DNA of 64,000 nucleotides from Botryllus schlosseri (lineage: Eukaryota). The translations under genes were made by a program, and so were the position numbers. Location: the NCBI GenBank assembly GCA_051294905.1, contig CM119375.1, positions 24,118,001 through 24,182,000 on the forward strand, read 5' to 3'. How positions within the stretch are numbered: the first letter of the stretch is position 1; every line of letters begins with the position of its first letter. Shown here piece after piece: positions 23,084 through 36,430 of the stretch. The notes under the pieces were generated by a model. That model made no database searches, had not been told where the DNA came from, and saw only the letters and a list, made by a program, of their open reading frames with translations.

Positions 23084-24975
23084 AATCGATCCAAATCAAT
23101 ATTTTAAAATGCCTTAACGGTGTATGTTTATGGGTATAGAGACGTTAGCACAAGCTAGATTATCTGATCCTTGTGGCATTGCCATTTGGACATATCCTGT
23201 TTTCAAAATAGCTCTCCTCTCCCCCCCCCCTTTTTTTTTGTTTGTTTCACCTCTCACTCCTTTTCTCTTGGCTGGCCACGCGCCTGGTACTGTACAAGAC
23301 TCATTACAGTTACTTCCAAAGCTTTAAACTTTAAACGTTGTGTAAGTCACCGTAATATTCGCTACATAACTGAGAAGCCTGACGACACTGAACCTGTAGT
23401 GTTTTTGGTGTCCTTAGCATTTTACAGTGTAATCATGTTTTGTATGATGCTTTCCAATGGTTGCAATTTTATAACCTCAAGTTCTTGCAGTATAAGATGC
23501 CAATGTTGCCAAATGTGTTTCATGTCAGAAGTATTGCATCCCTGGTGTATGCTGCTGGGTGTTCGGTTGAAAGACAAATCCAACTCGTCTCGGCACTTTC
23601 CTAGCTTTCCATTTCATCCTAGTCTTGGTGTTTTGAAATGATGAAATTGCTATAAAAGGCGCCAGAATCCAATTTAAATCGGAAGTGTCAAATATGGTGC
23701 CATTGAAAGAGTAAGCGGTCATATTTTTGAACTTAAAAGATGGGTTACCACTCACTGTTTGATGAGTTTATCTGCGCTTTTACGATGGCTGTTTATTTTG
23801 ATTTGTTAAGTGATGAAGATGGAATTTGACACACCTTCTCGATAGTGTTTACAGCTACTGCTGGATTGATCTGTATAGGTCCGTTTATTTTAGGGTATAT
23901 TATACACACAAATACAATTTATATACACAAATTCTTCTCGCAAGTTAGAAAATTAAAACTAAATAGTCTTCACTAATCCCAAGAGTCTTCAATTTCTCTT
24001 TTTGTCAAGATTCAATGGGTCATGGATTAGGATATCCTGTCGTGACAGTAGTGCATTCTAATGAACACCATATACTTGTTTGCTCGTATGTATATTGTCC
24101 ATTAATATTGAGAAACGTCATGTGATGTCGCTTGCAGCCGTGGGTTGTTTTATCTCTTCAAGCACTTTCTGTAGGTTCAGATTATTTTATGTTTATGCTT
24201 TCAGCCCCGTGATATATGCAGTTTGCTAGAAAATTAGGTCAAATAATTTGCCTACAATTCTTGCTCTTTTCTGTGAATAATTTCTATTTTATTAAAAAAC
24301 AGTACATCACTAACATCCTGTTACATTACTCATATAATCATTCTGCTGCTCACGTCCAGATAATCATGCGGTAAGATTGTCCAATGAAATTTCTTTGACT
24401 AGCTTGCGTATCAATTTGACCAGAACTTCGCACAAATGCTTCTCTAATTGGTTAATTTTCTAAACATATACGTTATGTGCGTTCCATTGAAGATTTGAGA
24501 CTCCATTGTGTTTTTTTTTGTACAAATTTCAATACTAATGTTGATACCTACTGCATACACTGTTGAGATGAAAGTTCGAGGAACGCAGCTGTGTGTCAGG
24601 TGAGGTAATGCGCAGAAAGTTTCAAGTTTTACTACTTCCAGGTGCATATTACTTTTTCCCTGGTCAATTGAATACTTTATAGTTTGTTTTCATTTAATCA
24701 TTGTCCCATGACGTAGTCCAAAAGTTCTCAACCTGATCAGAGGGTGCTGTGACAAAATGTGGTAAAAATCAAGGAATCAAAATTCTCAGTGTGGCATAAT
24801 CGGTGATTATATTATTTTTATACCAGCTCAAGACACACAATGTACAATGCAAATTCGAGCATTTCGAATCTACGAAGTAGCTCTTTCTGGCATCCCCTCA
24901 ACCTAATGCCATTGTTTCATCTCTGCTTACATGGATAGTGCTGGGGTCACTTTCGCTCCATCCTTTTTGCAAGAC

Positions 24976-25087
24976 CAGGACTGTGGAGTCGGAGTTTGGG
25001 TAATTTTCGCTTGATGGAGTCGGAGTCGTGAAAACTGTAGTGGCAGGAGTTGGATTCGTGGAAAAAGTAATGACCGGAGTCGGAGTT
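24976..25087. repeat. GGAGTC-repeat MITE end
   Basis: caggactgtggagtcggagt followed by repeated ggagtcggagt motifs. Confidence 0.5.
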
Positions 25088-25833
25088 AATTAGTAACGAT
25101 ACAGATCAGGGGCGGTCAAACCGTGCCCCGCAGGCCAAGAAGGTTTTGTGTGGCCTGAGAGGTAGTTCTCCAAATTAGATATAACACACCAGGTAGCATT
25201 GCAAGTCCAACCAAAACTTGCTTAGCCTGACCTTGACCGCCAAATTCGATGATGGCTAGGGGAAGTTTTTGCAACTTTTTTTTACAGCTTCCTAAATACT
25301 CGTAAGATATGTAGAATGTTGTTTTAAGCTGCTTGAAGGAATCTGATAGTGCAACTTTTGTCCATTTCATGCAACTTTTTCGATTTTTCATGAAAGTGTT
25401 TTTGATTTTGGTGAAATACACGGCCAAGTTCGACTGAAATACCGTAAATCAGCACTGAAGTAACGCTCTTACAGGTATTTCGGAAGCTGAGCCGTAAAGT
25501 TGACCTTATTTTAGTTAATCAATAGAGAATGCGGATGGAAAATGCATTTCGGGAGTGGAACTGGGAAGTTGACCTTTTTTCAGTCAATCATTAGAAAATG
25601 CGGATGGGCTGGGAAGTTGACCTTTTTTCAGTCAATCATTAGAGAATGCGGATGGAAAACTGCATTTCGGGAGTGGAACCGGTAAGTTGACCTTTTTTTT
25701 CTTATTTTTTTAGTAAGTGGAGCAAATTGTGGTCTTTTAATGCAACTTTCGTCAAAAGTAAATGCAACAAAAACTTGCCCTAATGGCGTAACCAGAGGCC
25801 TGCGACACATTCATCGCAGATCTTCGTATATGA

Positions 25834-26135
25834 TAGGCTTACCATACGTCCTCTTTTAAGAGGATTTGTCCTCTTTTTTGACTTTTTTGAAAGTGTCCTC
25901 GGAGGACGCCCTTTTGTCCTCTTTTTTGAAAATTTGGGTAAGATTTAGAGCAAATTGCGAGTGATATGCCGCAAATTAGCACAGAAGTGACGCTCCGGCG
26001 GGTATTTTTTTTTTAGTCAACCGATCACCAAGTGGAAAAAATCCACCGGTTTTTGAGAATTCTTCTCCGGTTTTGCAAGTCTGAAATTTCTGAAAAAGTG
26101 TCCTCTTTTTACATTTCCAAAATATGGTAAGCCTA
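25834..26135. mobile_element. hAT-type MITE (TIR TAGGCTTACCATA)
   Basis: Perfect TIR. Perfect TSD GTATATGA (25826-25833, 26136-26143). Same family as 8946-9455 but lacks most of the minisatellite. Confidence 0.93.
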
Positions 26136-26756
26136 GTATATGACCATGAAGTACAATATTCCGTAGCAGATTTATTTAGCTGGAAATTGTTCTTAGTTAG
26201 CATGATTTATCGTCACCTTTCTTGCATTTAGTATTGGAACCACTCCTTTTATAATTTCCAGAATTGAGTCCAACTATACTCGTAATTTGGAGATAACGTG
26301 TCGTCCAACATGCGACTTCGCTTGTGCGCTCGATGCGAGATCGTCGGCGATGAAACATTTGCACAAAATGACTGAGGCATGGTCACCGAAACTGTAGATA
26401 GATATTGCTATGTCTAAAACGCCAAATAGGGCCTACTCCTGTCCTTGCCAAATTGGCCCATTGCTATAGGCCTACAGAGGCGACCCCCAATATATGCAAG
26501 TGCGGGAGTAGCCTATATTGTAACACAAAACATTTTGTAAGCCTATTTCACGCCCATATTCGGATACGAATATGACTTCTTATTGCAATGATCTCGCGTT
26601 TTTATAAGCGCATGTTTAGCTGACTCGAGACGATATTCATGTAAACATAATTGCAAATGTTTGAATAAACTGCGTATGAACAATATAACCGAACGAAGAA
26701 CTACCACGACAGTGAACGAGGACAGTCTCTCAGTTAAGTACCAGACAGCTTACAAC

Positions 26757-27266
26757 TAGGGCTGGGCAAAATCGAGTACCTGAGTGATTCGATTCTGAAT
26801 CTCGTAATATGCTTCGAGTCGAGTATTCGAGTATCAGTCATTATGACGTCATAACAGAATGTCATATGTCAAAGATCAACTGAGCACTTTTTATGCTACC
26901 ACAAAGAATACGATGCCTATATTCCGTCCCATTACAGATACTCCGGTATTTTTCAACCATATGGACTTCTTTGCGCTTTGTAACAATGTTGGGGGATGAT
27001 CATAATTTTGGAAATGTGTTATTTTCTGTAACGTTAGTAGCTTGTACTATATGTTTCGTATGCTGCGATACGTCAAATCAAGGTTTCAAGGCATCCACAG
27101 TGGAAATTAGTATCGGAATTATAATTCTCGTTGACGAATGACCTTTCAGTGGCGAGGAACGTATAATTTCAGTACTCGAAAAAATCGACTTTTACTACTC
27201 GACTCGAATCATTAAAATTAATACTCGATTCAGATTCGAGTACTCGAATCATTGTGCCCAGCCCTA
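26757..27266. mobile_element. hAT-type MITE (TIR TAGGGCTGGGCA)
   Basis: 12-bp TIR with gagtactcga subterminal motifs. Perfect TSD CTTACAAC (26749-26756, 27267-27274). Confidence 0.92.
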
Positions 27267-27805
27267 CTTACAACCTAATATTGGACAGCTACTTTTTGAG
27301 TTATACTTCACAGAGACATATTCCGCATTTTACTATATGGTGTCTTTGATAAACGATCGTTCGGATATATCAACAGCACATACTCTAACGTATTGCCATC
27401 TTGCGAAACGCAAAACTCTTCAACAAGCAAGGTAACGTGTTCATTTTCCGTTTCTGATATATAAACTATCACTTCGCCAGTGTACTGATGTTCGATCTTG
27501 GCAATGGATTGTTTTTTGACTTGCATTTGACTGCATCAGTGCAGGCTCAGGATTTTTAGTTGTGATAGAATCTGTATACATCATCCCTGCGTTAGTGGTG
27601 TGTTCGCTCTACCCGCTCTGGAGTTTAACCGTGTTACTTTTGCTTCTGTCTTCCGTTTTACAGGGTCCATTGCACACGAGACTGTTTCGTGAACATGATT
27701 TTCTTTTGGCCTTAAAAGCGCCATATTTTATCTCACCGATTTCAGCCATGGGCGTGGTACAGTCGATACCACGTGGACGTTGCTACATCAGCGACACGTT
27801 CGACA

Positions 27806-27836
27806 TAGGGTAGAGTGGTTGCCCCACTCTACCCTA
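27806..27836. mobile_element. Minimal pogo-like TIR-TIR remnant
   Basis: TA-GGGTAGAGTGG-TTGCC-CCACTCTACCC-TA. Confidence 0.6.
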
Positions 27837-28210
27837 AGGGAGAAACTTCATAAAATCCTCCGTGCTATTCGAGTTGGTCTAAATTTCATAGTATCAACGC
27901 GAGATGTCGTACATTATCCAATATGAAAGTATGGAAAGCTTATGTATCGTTTATCAGCAGTAAAATCATGATTCATCCATGTTCGTCAACATACACACGA
28001 AGGCGTTTTTCCCTACTAGGTCTTACAATTTACCCACTGATACTCTGTTAAAGGATTTCTTTTTCATTCGTATACAATTATACATGCTTACTAGCCCACT
28101 ATAAATCGGATCCTGTACAAATGTTGCAACCCAAACATGCAATGAACAAAAAACAAGCTAATGAACGAAAATCTAAAATCAGACGTGCCAAGGCAAATAT
28201 TGTGCTGAAG

Positions 28211-29920
28211 TCAGTCAGAAAGGTCGCCGTCGTCCTCAGAATCACAATTTTGACAAATGAAATGGCGATCTCCAAGCGTACATTCTTGATGTGCCCATAA
28301 ATGGCAAATCAGACACTGAATCCATTTTTCTCCGAGCCTACTATTACGGAACGGCTCAACGCAAACAAGCAAGGCCATTCTTCGTCATCTCTTTTGTTTT
28401 TGGGTGGACATTTATCCTTAGGCACCTTCTTCTTTTTTGATCTCTTTATAACCGGCTTCGGTGATTTTTTTTGCAGAGCGTTTTTATAAGGTGATTACGT
28501 AAGCACTTCTGAGTTTTCTGCTTTCCTGGATCTTTTTCGTTTTGTGGCTGATTTAACCAGCGTACATAACTCGTCTATAGCTTCCCTTGCCTCTGAATTT
28601 TTTGAAGTTGAAGCCATGGGAGTTGATTTAACTACCTCACAATCCGTGTTATTGGTGGTTCATCCCACTTCAACTATACTTGGGTCGGTAGTGGAGGAAT
28701 TATCTTGGCAGTTGTCAGCATTTCCGGCATGTGGGTCTGGCTCATCGGTCATTTCGGACGCGATGAAGTCTTCGAAGTCCACAGACCCTGAAGCCATTGA
28801 CGTATTTCTCTACCGTAGCACATCTGTTGTAAGCAACAGCAAAAATCTCGGCCATATCGAAAAATTGGACCCTCTTTCCTGGATTTGTTACCATCCCATT
28901 GTCCACCAATGACTTATAACCAGATTTTAAAGATTTAAAAAACGTTTCATCGAGTCGTTGCATTTTGTGGTTGCAGTGAGGTGATAACGTCAAAAGTTCG
29001 ATTCCGTTCGAACGGGCATAGTCGATTGCAGCAAGGGTTTTATGGCTATGGTGACCATCCAAGATGATCAAATGTTTTTCATCAATTGTGGGTTTTGCAA
29101 TTGAAACGAAATGTTTTAGCCAAACTAAGAAACTTCCTTCATCGGTCCAGCCGTTTGCAGTGCAGTGGCCAATTGATCCAATGGTTGCATTTCTCATTAG
29201 CCCGTCCGCCATTCGTTTTCTTGGAAATATAATCATAGGTGGTATGTATGCTCCCGCCGTATTCGTTGCGCAAATTATCGTGACAGTTTTCCCTCTTTCC
29301 CCGCTCGTCATTTTCCCAACTTCCCGTGCACCTTTTGTCGCAATGATGATGTCAGGATTTTGGACATTGGTAATTCCGGTTTCGTCCATATTCCAAATAC
29401 CAAATACGAGTTGGCACGTAACAGTGTGAGTTTAAAACGCCCCGATAAGCCGTGTAAAACTTTTCCACTTGAGGCTTATTAAATCCCACTGCCCGTGCTA
29501 TACTGGTAGCTTCCGGCTTTCGAATTGATAATTCTTGATGACGTGATAAGAAACCACGTAGCCAGTATTTGCCAGCCATTTTACCGTCGTCATTGAACCG
29601 ATGTTTCATTCCCATCTTTGTGGTAAAGTCATAAGCCAGACGGCGTACGTCCTTCGTAGTTAAGCCAAATAGGGCCTTTTCCATGTCCTTGATCTTCGAT
29701 AGTATTTCAATTTCATATTGAAGATTTTATGTCTGGTTTAAACCTCCCCAGTGAAAAAGAACCCGGGTTGGATACTTATTTATTCGTATGTCAACGGAGC
29801 GTTCTAGAAGGTATCCCGTATTATATTGCCGTTGTCTTCAACGCCGCGCCGCCTTGCACGGCGTCCATAGCTTTGCGCAAGTTTTCTTCAGAGTATAACA
29901 GTAGTATAGTAGATCGCTCG
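28211..29920 (-). pseudogene. pogo/Tigger-like transposase (HTH_psq, HTH_Tnp_Tc5, DDE_1, C-terminal PHD finger), disrupted
   Basis: YSEENLRKAMDAV...YGIP; AGKYWLRGFLSRHQELSIRKPE; MDETG...PPMIIFP...GWT...LIILDGHHSH...HKMQRLD; PHD CLVC...WIQCLICHLWAHQEC...FICQNC (28243-28371). Several stops and frameshifts; element ends not resolved. Confidence 0.92.
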
Positions 29921-29939
29921 TGACCTGGCAGGGGCTCTT

Positions 29940-30870
29940 ATGGGTGCGGCGGTGAGGTGCCAGGAAACTCGTCTTGAACCGGTGACCCTTTAGACCCCCC
30001 CTCTCGGCGGTGAGGGGCCATGTGTTCTTATGGATGCGGTGATGATGGTACCCTTTCGGGTATAGGCTGCGGTGATGACGTGCCGTGAAAACTCGTCCTG
30101 AACCGGTGACCCTTTCAGACCCCCCTTCCACCCGACCGGTGCCTTATGAGTATAGGGATCACTCGACCGGTGCCGTGAAAACTCGTCTTGAACCGGTGAC
30201 CCTTTTCGGTATATGCATCACTCAACCGGTGCTAGTATAGCCATCTCTCGACCGGTGACCCTTTTCGGTATAGGGATCGCTCAACCGGTGCTAGTATAGC
30301 CATCTCTCGACCGGTAACCCTTTTCGGTATATGAATCGCTCAACCGGTGTCAAGTCGTAATTTCAGGTATAGGCGGTGGCGGTGATTCGCCTGTCATGTA
30401 TTCTTACGGGATCTGTGGTGACTCGCCATGTGTTCTTATGGGTGCGGTCGCATGCGGCTATTGCGTCTTATGGCGGGGGTGGCGAGCGGCTATTGATGCT
30501 AACACGAAACCCGGGGTGACGAGCGGCACTTATTTCTTATGGCGACGGCACTTATTTCTTATGGCGACGGTTCTTATTTCTTATGGCGGGGGTCGCAAGC
30601 GGCTCTTATGTCTTATGGCGGGGCGGCATGCGGCTATTGCGTCTTATGGATGCGGCGATGATTCGTACTTTCGGGTATAGGCGGCGGCGGCATGCTAACG
30701 TGAAAACCGGGAGGTGGCATGCTAATGTTTTTAGGTACACGTGCGGTGACATGCTAACGACGATAATGTGTCTGTCATGGATTCTTACGGATCTCTGGTG
30801 ATGTGACATTGTTTCTTATGGGTGCGGTCGTGAATCGTACTTTCGGATATAGACATCTCTCACACGGTGT
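29940..30870. repeat. GC-rich compound tandem array (accggtgaccc and ttcttatggcg units)
   Basis: Alternating 33-bp and 26-bp accggtg units at 30190-30350, ~100-bp higher-order units at 29960-30190, and tcttatggcg(g) units at 30400-30830. Confidence 0.85.
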
Positions 30871-33800
30871 TGAATATGTATCAAGTAAATAGTCACGAGT
30901 ATCACTAAACAGGAAATTCACTAAACCGCAGTGCATTGTGCGATTTTGAAAAACAGATGTTCGCAACCGCGTTTTGATATTTGCGACCCACTAAATACAC
31001 CCGTTTTCGGAAACGCGACCTGATGTGAGGATTACGCAGCGCGCACTATCGTATCGATTATTACACTAATCCAGTCAGCACTATCACATTCAGGAGTATT
31101 CAGTATTCAGCAATGACACAAAAAGCAACCAGCAAATAACCACGCTCGTAAATTAACACTTCAAAAAGTGTAAAATAGATTGCAAATCCCGCGATCGCTA
31201 ACAAGATAATGTCTCGGACATAACCATTTTAGTGACTTGGTGTTAAAGACATACCGATCGCTCACAAGGTAATATTTCGGTAATTAGTTTGTCACAGAGC
31301 CGTCGCAGACGGTGATTCGAAAACCAACAATTTGACACTTTCTGGTGCTTGCTATATGTTTGGACACTTCGGAACGTGGTTGACTTTAGTTGTATGATAA
31401 GAATCATGTGAATATACAAGTAATGTGTCAATTTGTCAACTTGAAATGAAACTTACTACACAAACCAAGTTGATTCGTATCTGAATGTGTTAATTCGGTA
31501 CAATTCTAATTATTTTGAGAAATCTTTTCGTGATCTTTTGAATCGTACGTAACCTGAATATCACCGACACCGACTTTCAGCCCCATCGAATTATTCACAC
31601 ATTCCGCGCCGCTGTTTCTCGCCTATAGAATCAATACCAACTAGTTGTATAAAAATCAAGAATCACAAGTATGTGCATTATACAGTTATTGTCTTTGTCA
31701 ACATGAAATCAAACTCTTAACAAAAACACGCATCTTATCACTCGTCAACTCTATCATGAAAATCCTCGAGTTCTTATCATCAAAAATGTTATAGCGCGGC
31801 GTCGGAATCCATTCGTGGGATGTACTAAAGCTAAATCCAGATAATCCAGAATGAAATATTTGGACTTTGACATTGCGTGAATTGAAATAGGTTTGACAAA
31901 CATGACTACCAACTTTCACCCAGTCACATTTCAAGGTTATACTTTGAAACAATCCTTGAAACTGACAACTCTATTCACGACTCCGTTTCCGTTTGTAAAA
32001 TAGAGTTTCAGAAATACTATCACTATGACAACTCAACATTTCAACATCTTCCCATACTCAAAAGAGTAAAATACAAAAAGCCTTGTCAAGTCAATCCGTT
32101 TGTAACTTACCCAACCAAAACAAAAAGTATCCTTATGAAAAGTAGACAAGACTACGCGAGTAATCACCACAACCCAAAATTCATAGCAAGTTCGGTTGTA
32201 GTCATATACCGCCGAATCGTATTTTATTCAACTGTAAAAGTCGTTACTATTCCGCAAGATAAAGTAATTACTATGTGGTATATTTTGTAAGACAAAAGTA
32301 ATTACTTCTCGGTGTCGGTGACTTGGGATTAACATATGTTTTGAGTATATGATATTTGAATGCCTGACCAATGTAGTTAAGAATTCATTTCTTACGATCA
32401 AACGCCGGTGTTACATTGAAAGTTATCATGCTGTGAACATAAGGATTGACACATTGATTTGACATATGTAATAGTTGATCATGACTTGATTATTAAATTA
32501 TTTGCGTTAATTAGACCCGGCGTTGTGGTAAATGTTATGACAGCAACAAACTTTTCAGTACCAATGTTATTAACATATTAAGCTGTAAAACTATGTGTGT
32601 CTGAAATGTTCTTGATAGGAAAATTACTCCACCTTGGTAAAAATCACTCTGCGTATCGCGGATATCAGAAAATATTTCCAGTAACCAAGACTAAAGATGA
32701 AACGACAATATCGGTATTATTACATTCAACAATCAGTACAATTATTAAAATCTATCGTTTGCGATAAACAGCGCTAAAGATGTAATTATTCCAGTATTCA
32801 TACATCCGATACAAAATGCTTTATTATCCCGATTCACAACGGATAATTGAAACGACTAAGTGTAGAGTCAGTATATTACAATGACACGTCGTTACTATTG
32901 AATCCAGCAATTGATACGATTTATTGTCGGGATTTGTGACAGCGCATTGAAACATACACAACTTACAGAGTGTGAAAATATCACTTTGGGTATCGAGTAC
33001 CGTTTGAAGCGTGCGATCAATACATAATTCCGTTCACACTCTCTAAGGCGTTGTGAAGTCTACAGATTTACACTTCAAGACTTTCATCAACACAAAAACA
33101 ATTTGGAGTATCTTTACTGGATACATCCTATTCTACTAGACTTGAGTAATACACAAAACTCATAGCATTAACAAAATCGCAATAGGCGCTACACTGAAAT
33201 CTACAAAATGTGTTTATATTGTTGTTAGTGATCATAAATTATCATTTGAATAAGTAATTGTAATCATAAAACCAAACTTGCGAAAGTCATTACCATAACA
33301 AAAGAATATTGTAGGTTGCTTCCTAAATGTACGCCAGAAATATTTGTAGAACGCTCACGACCAAAGAAATCGGAAATTTCCCCACATGGTCATTCGTCAA
33401 AGTATATGTTGTCACAATACTCATCCCGTAAAAGATCTTACTTGTATGTGATTGAATCGCTGGTAATTAACCCGCTAAATCAAACCACAAGGAAATTTCC
33501 CTCACTCATCGGATATTAAACAGCGTCACTTAATCGGCGTAGATCGTTTTTTCTAAATGCAAATCATACCTGGCCAACAGAAAACAATTTTCACTCACCT
33601 TGTAATGAACCCAAGTGGTGGGCCTTCGTTCAATATTTTGTCTGTGTCAAATACTTTGCAATAAACACAATGGAGAGATTGAGCTTAACATCATCATGCT
33701 GTCATCTGAAAATCAAGCTTACATCCGATTTGTAACTGTATCGTTTACCTAACCGAGTTGTATGCACAGTTCGATATTTTTTGTCATTTAGTGATTGCTG

Positions 33801-34700
33801 AACATACCAAACGATACACATTCACCTCCGAAATACTGCGTTGATCTCAATCCCCTTTGACGTGATAATCGAAGTACATTTGTTTCGAATTCGTAACAGC
33901 CGACTATGACACGACGATTTTTGGTAAAGTTATGCTTGGAAGATTGGTTGTATATCACGAAAAATAATTACCGCTCATATTGATACTGTTATCCATTGTT
34001 CGGTATTTTCAAACGAGTAAAATTTATTACTTGAGTTACTTCGCTTACTATATTCAAATGTAAACACAGCCGTCTTTCAACATCACAAAGACATCGATAT
34101 AAAGTATACAATCAAACGCAACAAGTTTTACTTTTGTAGGTTGTGTATGATTATCCTGCATAACTCATTTCTTACCAAAGGCATATGAAAAATATTTACG
34201 TCACAAAAATATTCGACGTCACTCGATACTAGAGAATGGTCGACTACGCTTTCAAAATGTTTCGATACCTCAAGAACTTTATTGTCTGAATGGTTGGTCA
34301 CGTATCTTAATAATCAAGTAGTTCAACACAGAACTAGTATTAACAGAAACACCAGAGTTGTTTACACAAAAGTTTGTATGTGTACAGTATGCGAATACCA
34401 TGTGTAAGTCCAGCACAATTGTGGTATCCATCCGATTTAGTTAACACAATTTACGACACCGAGGTCGCCTCATCTTTCGTAAGACAACAAAGCAAGGCTT
34501 CAGGATATGTCCATGTCATAGCAATAAATCAGCTACTCCAACAACAGAGTACATATGTTTTCTAGTTACGGTGCTTACATCTTACACACAAATCAATCTA
34601 CTTTGCTAACGAAAAGTGCTGAGTCATCACATGGTTGTCCTCACAACAATACAACTAAAACATCCTATCATACAAAATGGCCGTTATAGTCACCAATGGT
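30850..34700 (-). other. Unidentified degenerate sequence, arm A (inverted homologue of 43620-46600)
   Basis: Collinear inverted matches: 31170-31340 vs 46070-46270; 32030-32160 vs 44345-44490; 34270-34620 vs 43630-44215. Confidence 0.75.
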
Positions 34701-35349
34701 ACGTCGTACAAGTAACAAGTCTCGAGAATCCAGTTATTCAAAAAACGTGAAAGTATTTCTACACCAAGTCGTTATGTTGACGAAGACGTATATTGTAATA
34801 TCATGATCGATTTGTATTCGTTGACCGCAAAATGTCACTACTCTAAATAATTATTTTTCACTCAAACACAAAAACCTACTTGTCGCCATTCGTTTTCATC
34901 AAGCACGAGTTCTAGAAACTTACTTACTACGACATGAATTGTTATTTTATGTTGTGTAAATAGGTAATATTAATTCAAGTAACACTATATCAACATCATC
35001 GAGCTGTGCGAATAGATTTACATGTGGTCTTGTGGTTTTAATCGAAGTACACAGTACGGTCTAATGTAGAGTCATCCCTATTGTACAGCAACTCGGTAAT
35101 CGAAATGCATTAAAATTTAAACAGCGATCTTGTTTCATCACGCGAAAAATATGTTCACTATCGCGATACTCTGCACAGGACGTGTAAATCCTTTTCACAC
35201 TCGTAATAGTATACCAACGGCTACCGGCGACAACGTTTGTTATCGGGTGTGATGACATTCGATCTACATCAAAACTACCGGCTATGATAATGTCTGTGGA
35301 TCGATGTTTGTATACCAACACATTGCATGCAATGTCACACACCTCCATT

Positions 35350-36430
35350 TACGCGTATACTGATGTGGGCAAACAAGCGCGACGTTACCGATCAAAAAGC
35401 GTTGCCGTTCATATTAAGCAAAACTCACGCTAGTAAAATCAGAAATGCTAAGTTGTCGGTCTGGAAACTCGAATTGAGCGCCTTCAAGTATGAAATCATT
35501 CATCGCTCGGGCACTGAGAATGTTGTTCCGGATACATTTTCTCGTGTCTGCTGCTCGTTGCCAAATTCTCGCTTGTCTCTCCATCAGGTGCACGAAGCTC
35601 TTGCTCATCCCGGAGTACGACGGTTAAACCATTTTATTAGAGCAAAAAACTTGCCTTTCTCTGTAGACGAAGTCAGAAAGATCTGCGCTAACTGCAGAAT
35701 ATGCTCAGAAATCAAATCGCGATTTTATAAATCCAATGTCCATCACCGTCTCATCAAATCGACAAGACCGCGGGGGAGAATAAGTATTGATTTCAAGGCC
35801 CTGTTGAAGGACCTCGAAGGTATCTGCTCGTAATTATTGACGAATACAGCAGATTTCCATTTGCCTATCCATGCCGAGATATGACTTCAGCTACGGTTGT
35901 TAATTGTCTCACTGATTTGTTTTCCTTGTTCGGTCTGCCCAAATATGTTCACAGCGATCGTTCAAACTCGTTCTTATCGAAGGAAGTAACGACGTTTCTT
36001 ACCTGTAAAGGCATAGCAACGAGCAAAACTACTCCGTACCATCCCACTGGAAACTCTCAATGTAAGCGTTTGAATCAAGCGCTCTGGAAATCAGTAAAAA
36101 TGCTCTAAACCACACGGAAATTGCCCGAAAGTTCATGGGAAACTGTGTTGCCTGATGCCCTTCACTCTATCCGTTCGCTTCTGGGTATTACTACTAATTC
36201 GTGTCCGCACGACAGATTTTTCAATTTCAGTAGGAAAAGTATGATGGGGGAATCGGTTCCAGATTGGATACTCCAAGGAGGCTCCGTGTTGCTGAGGAAC
36301 TTCGCAAGGAGAAGCAAAAGTGATCCGCTCGGAATCTAAGTCGATTTACTCGAAGCTAACTCCAAATATGCCTTGATCCGGCATCCATCTGGAGTGGAAT
36401 CGACCGTCTCAGTCAAGGACCTCGCACCTT
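35350..36430 (+). mobile_element. Gypsy LTR retrotransposon pol fragment (RNase H end, integrase HHCC + core), disrupted
   Basis: TDQKAL...WKLELSAFKYEIIHRSGTENVVPDTFSR; HEALAHPG...CANCRIC; IDFK; LLVIIDEYSRFPFAYPC; HSDRS; TTPYHPTGNSQCKRLN. Frameshifts and stops are present. Confidence 0.95.

Noticed and set aside
24444-24647. HSCVP motif suggesting a SET domain
   Set aside because: Lacks N-H-S-C-x-P-N and the downstream GEELxxxY motif; chance match.
30190-30350. CRISPR-like or coding repeat
   Set aside because: No unique spacers, eukaryotic context with no cas genes, and the 33+26-bp period is not a multiple of 3.
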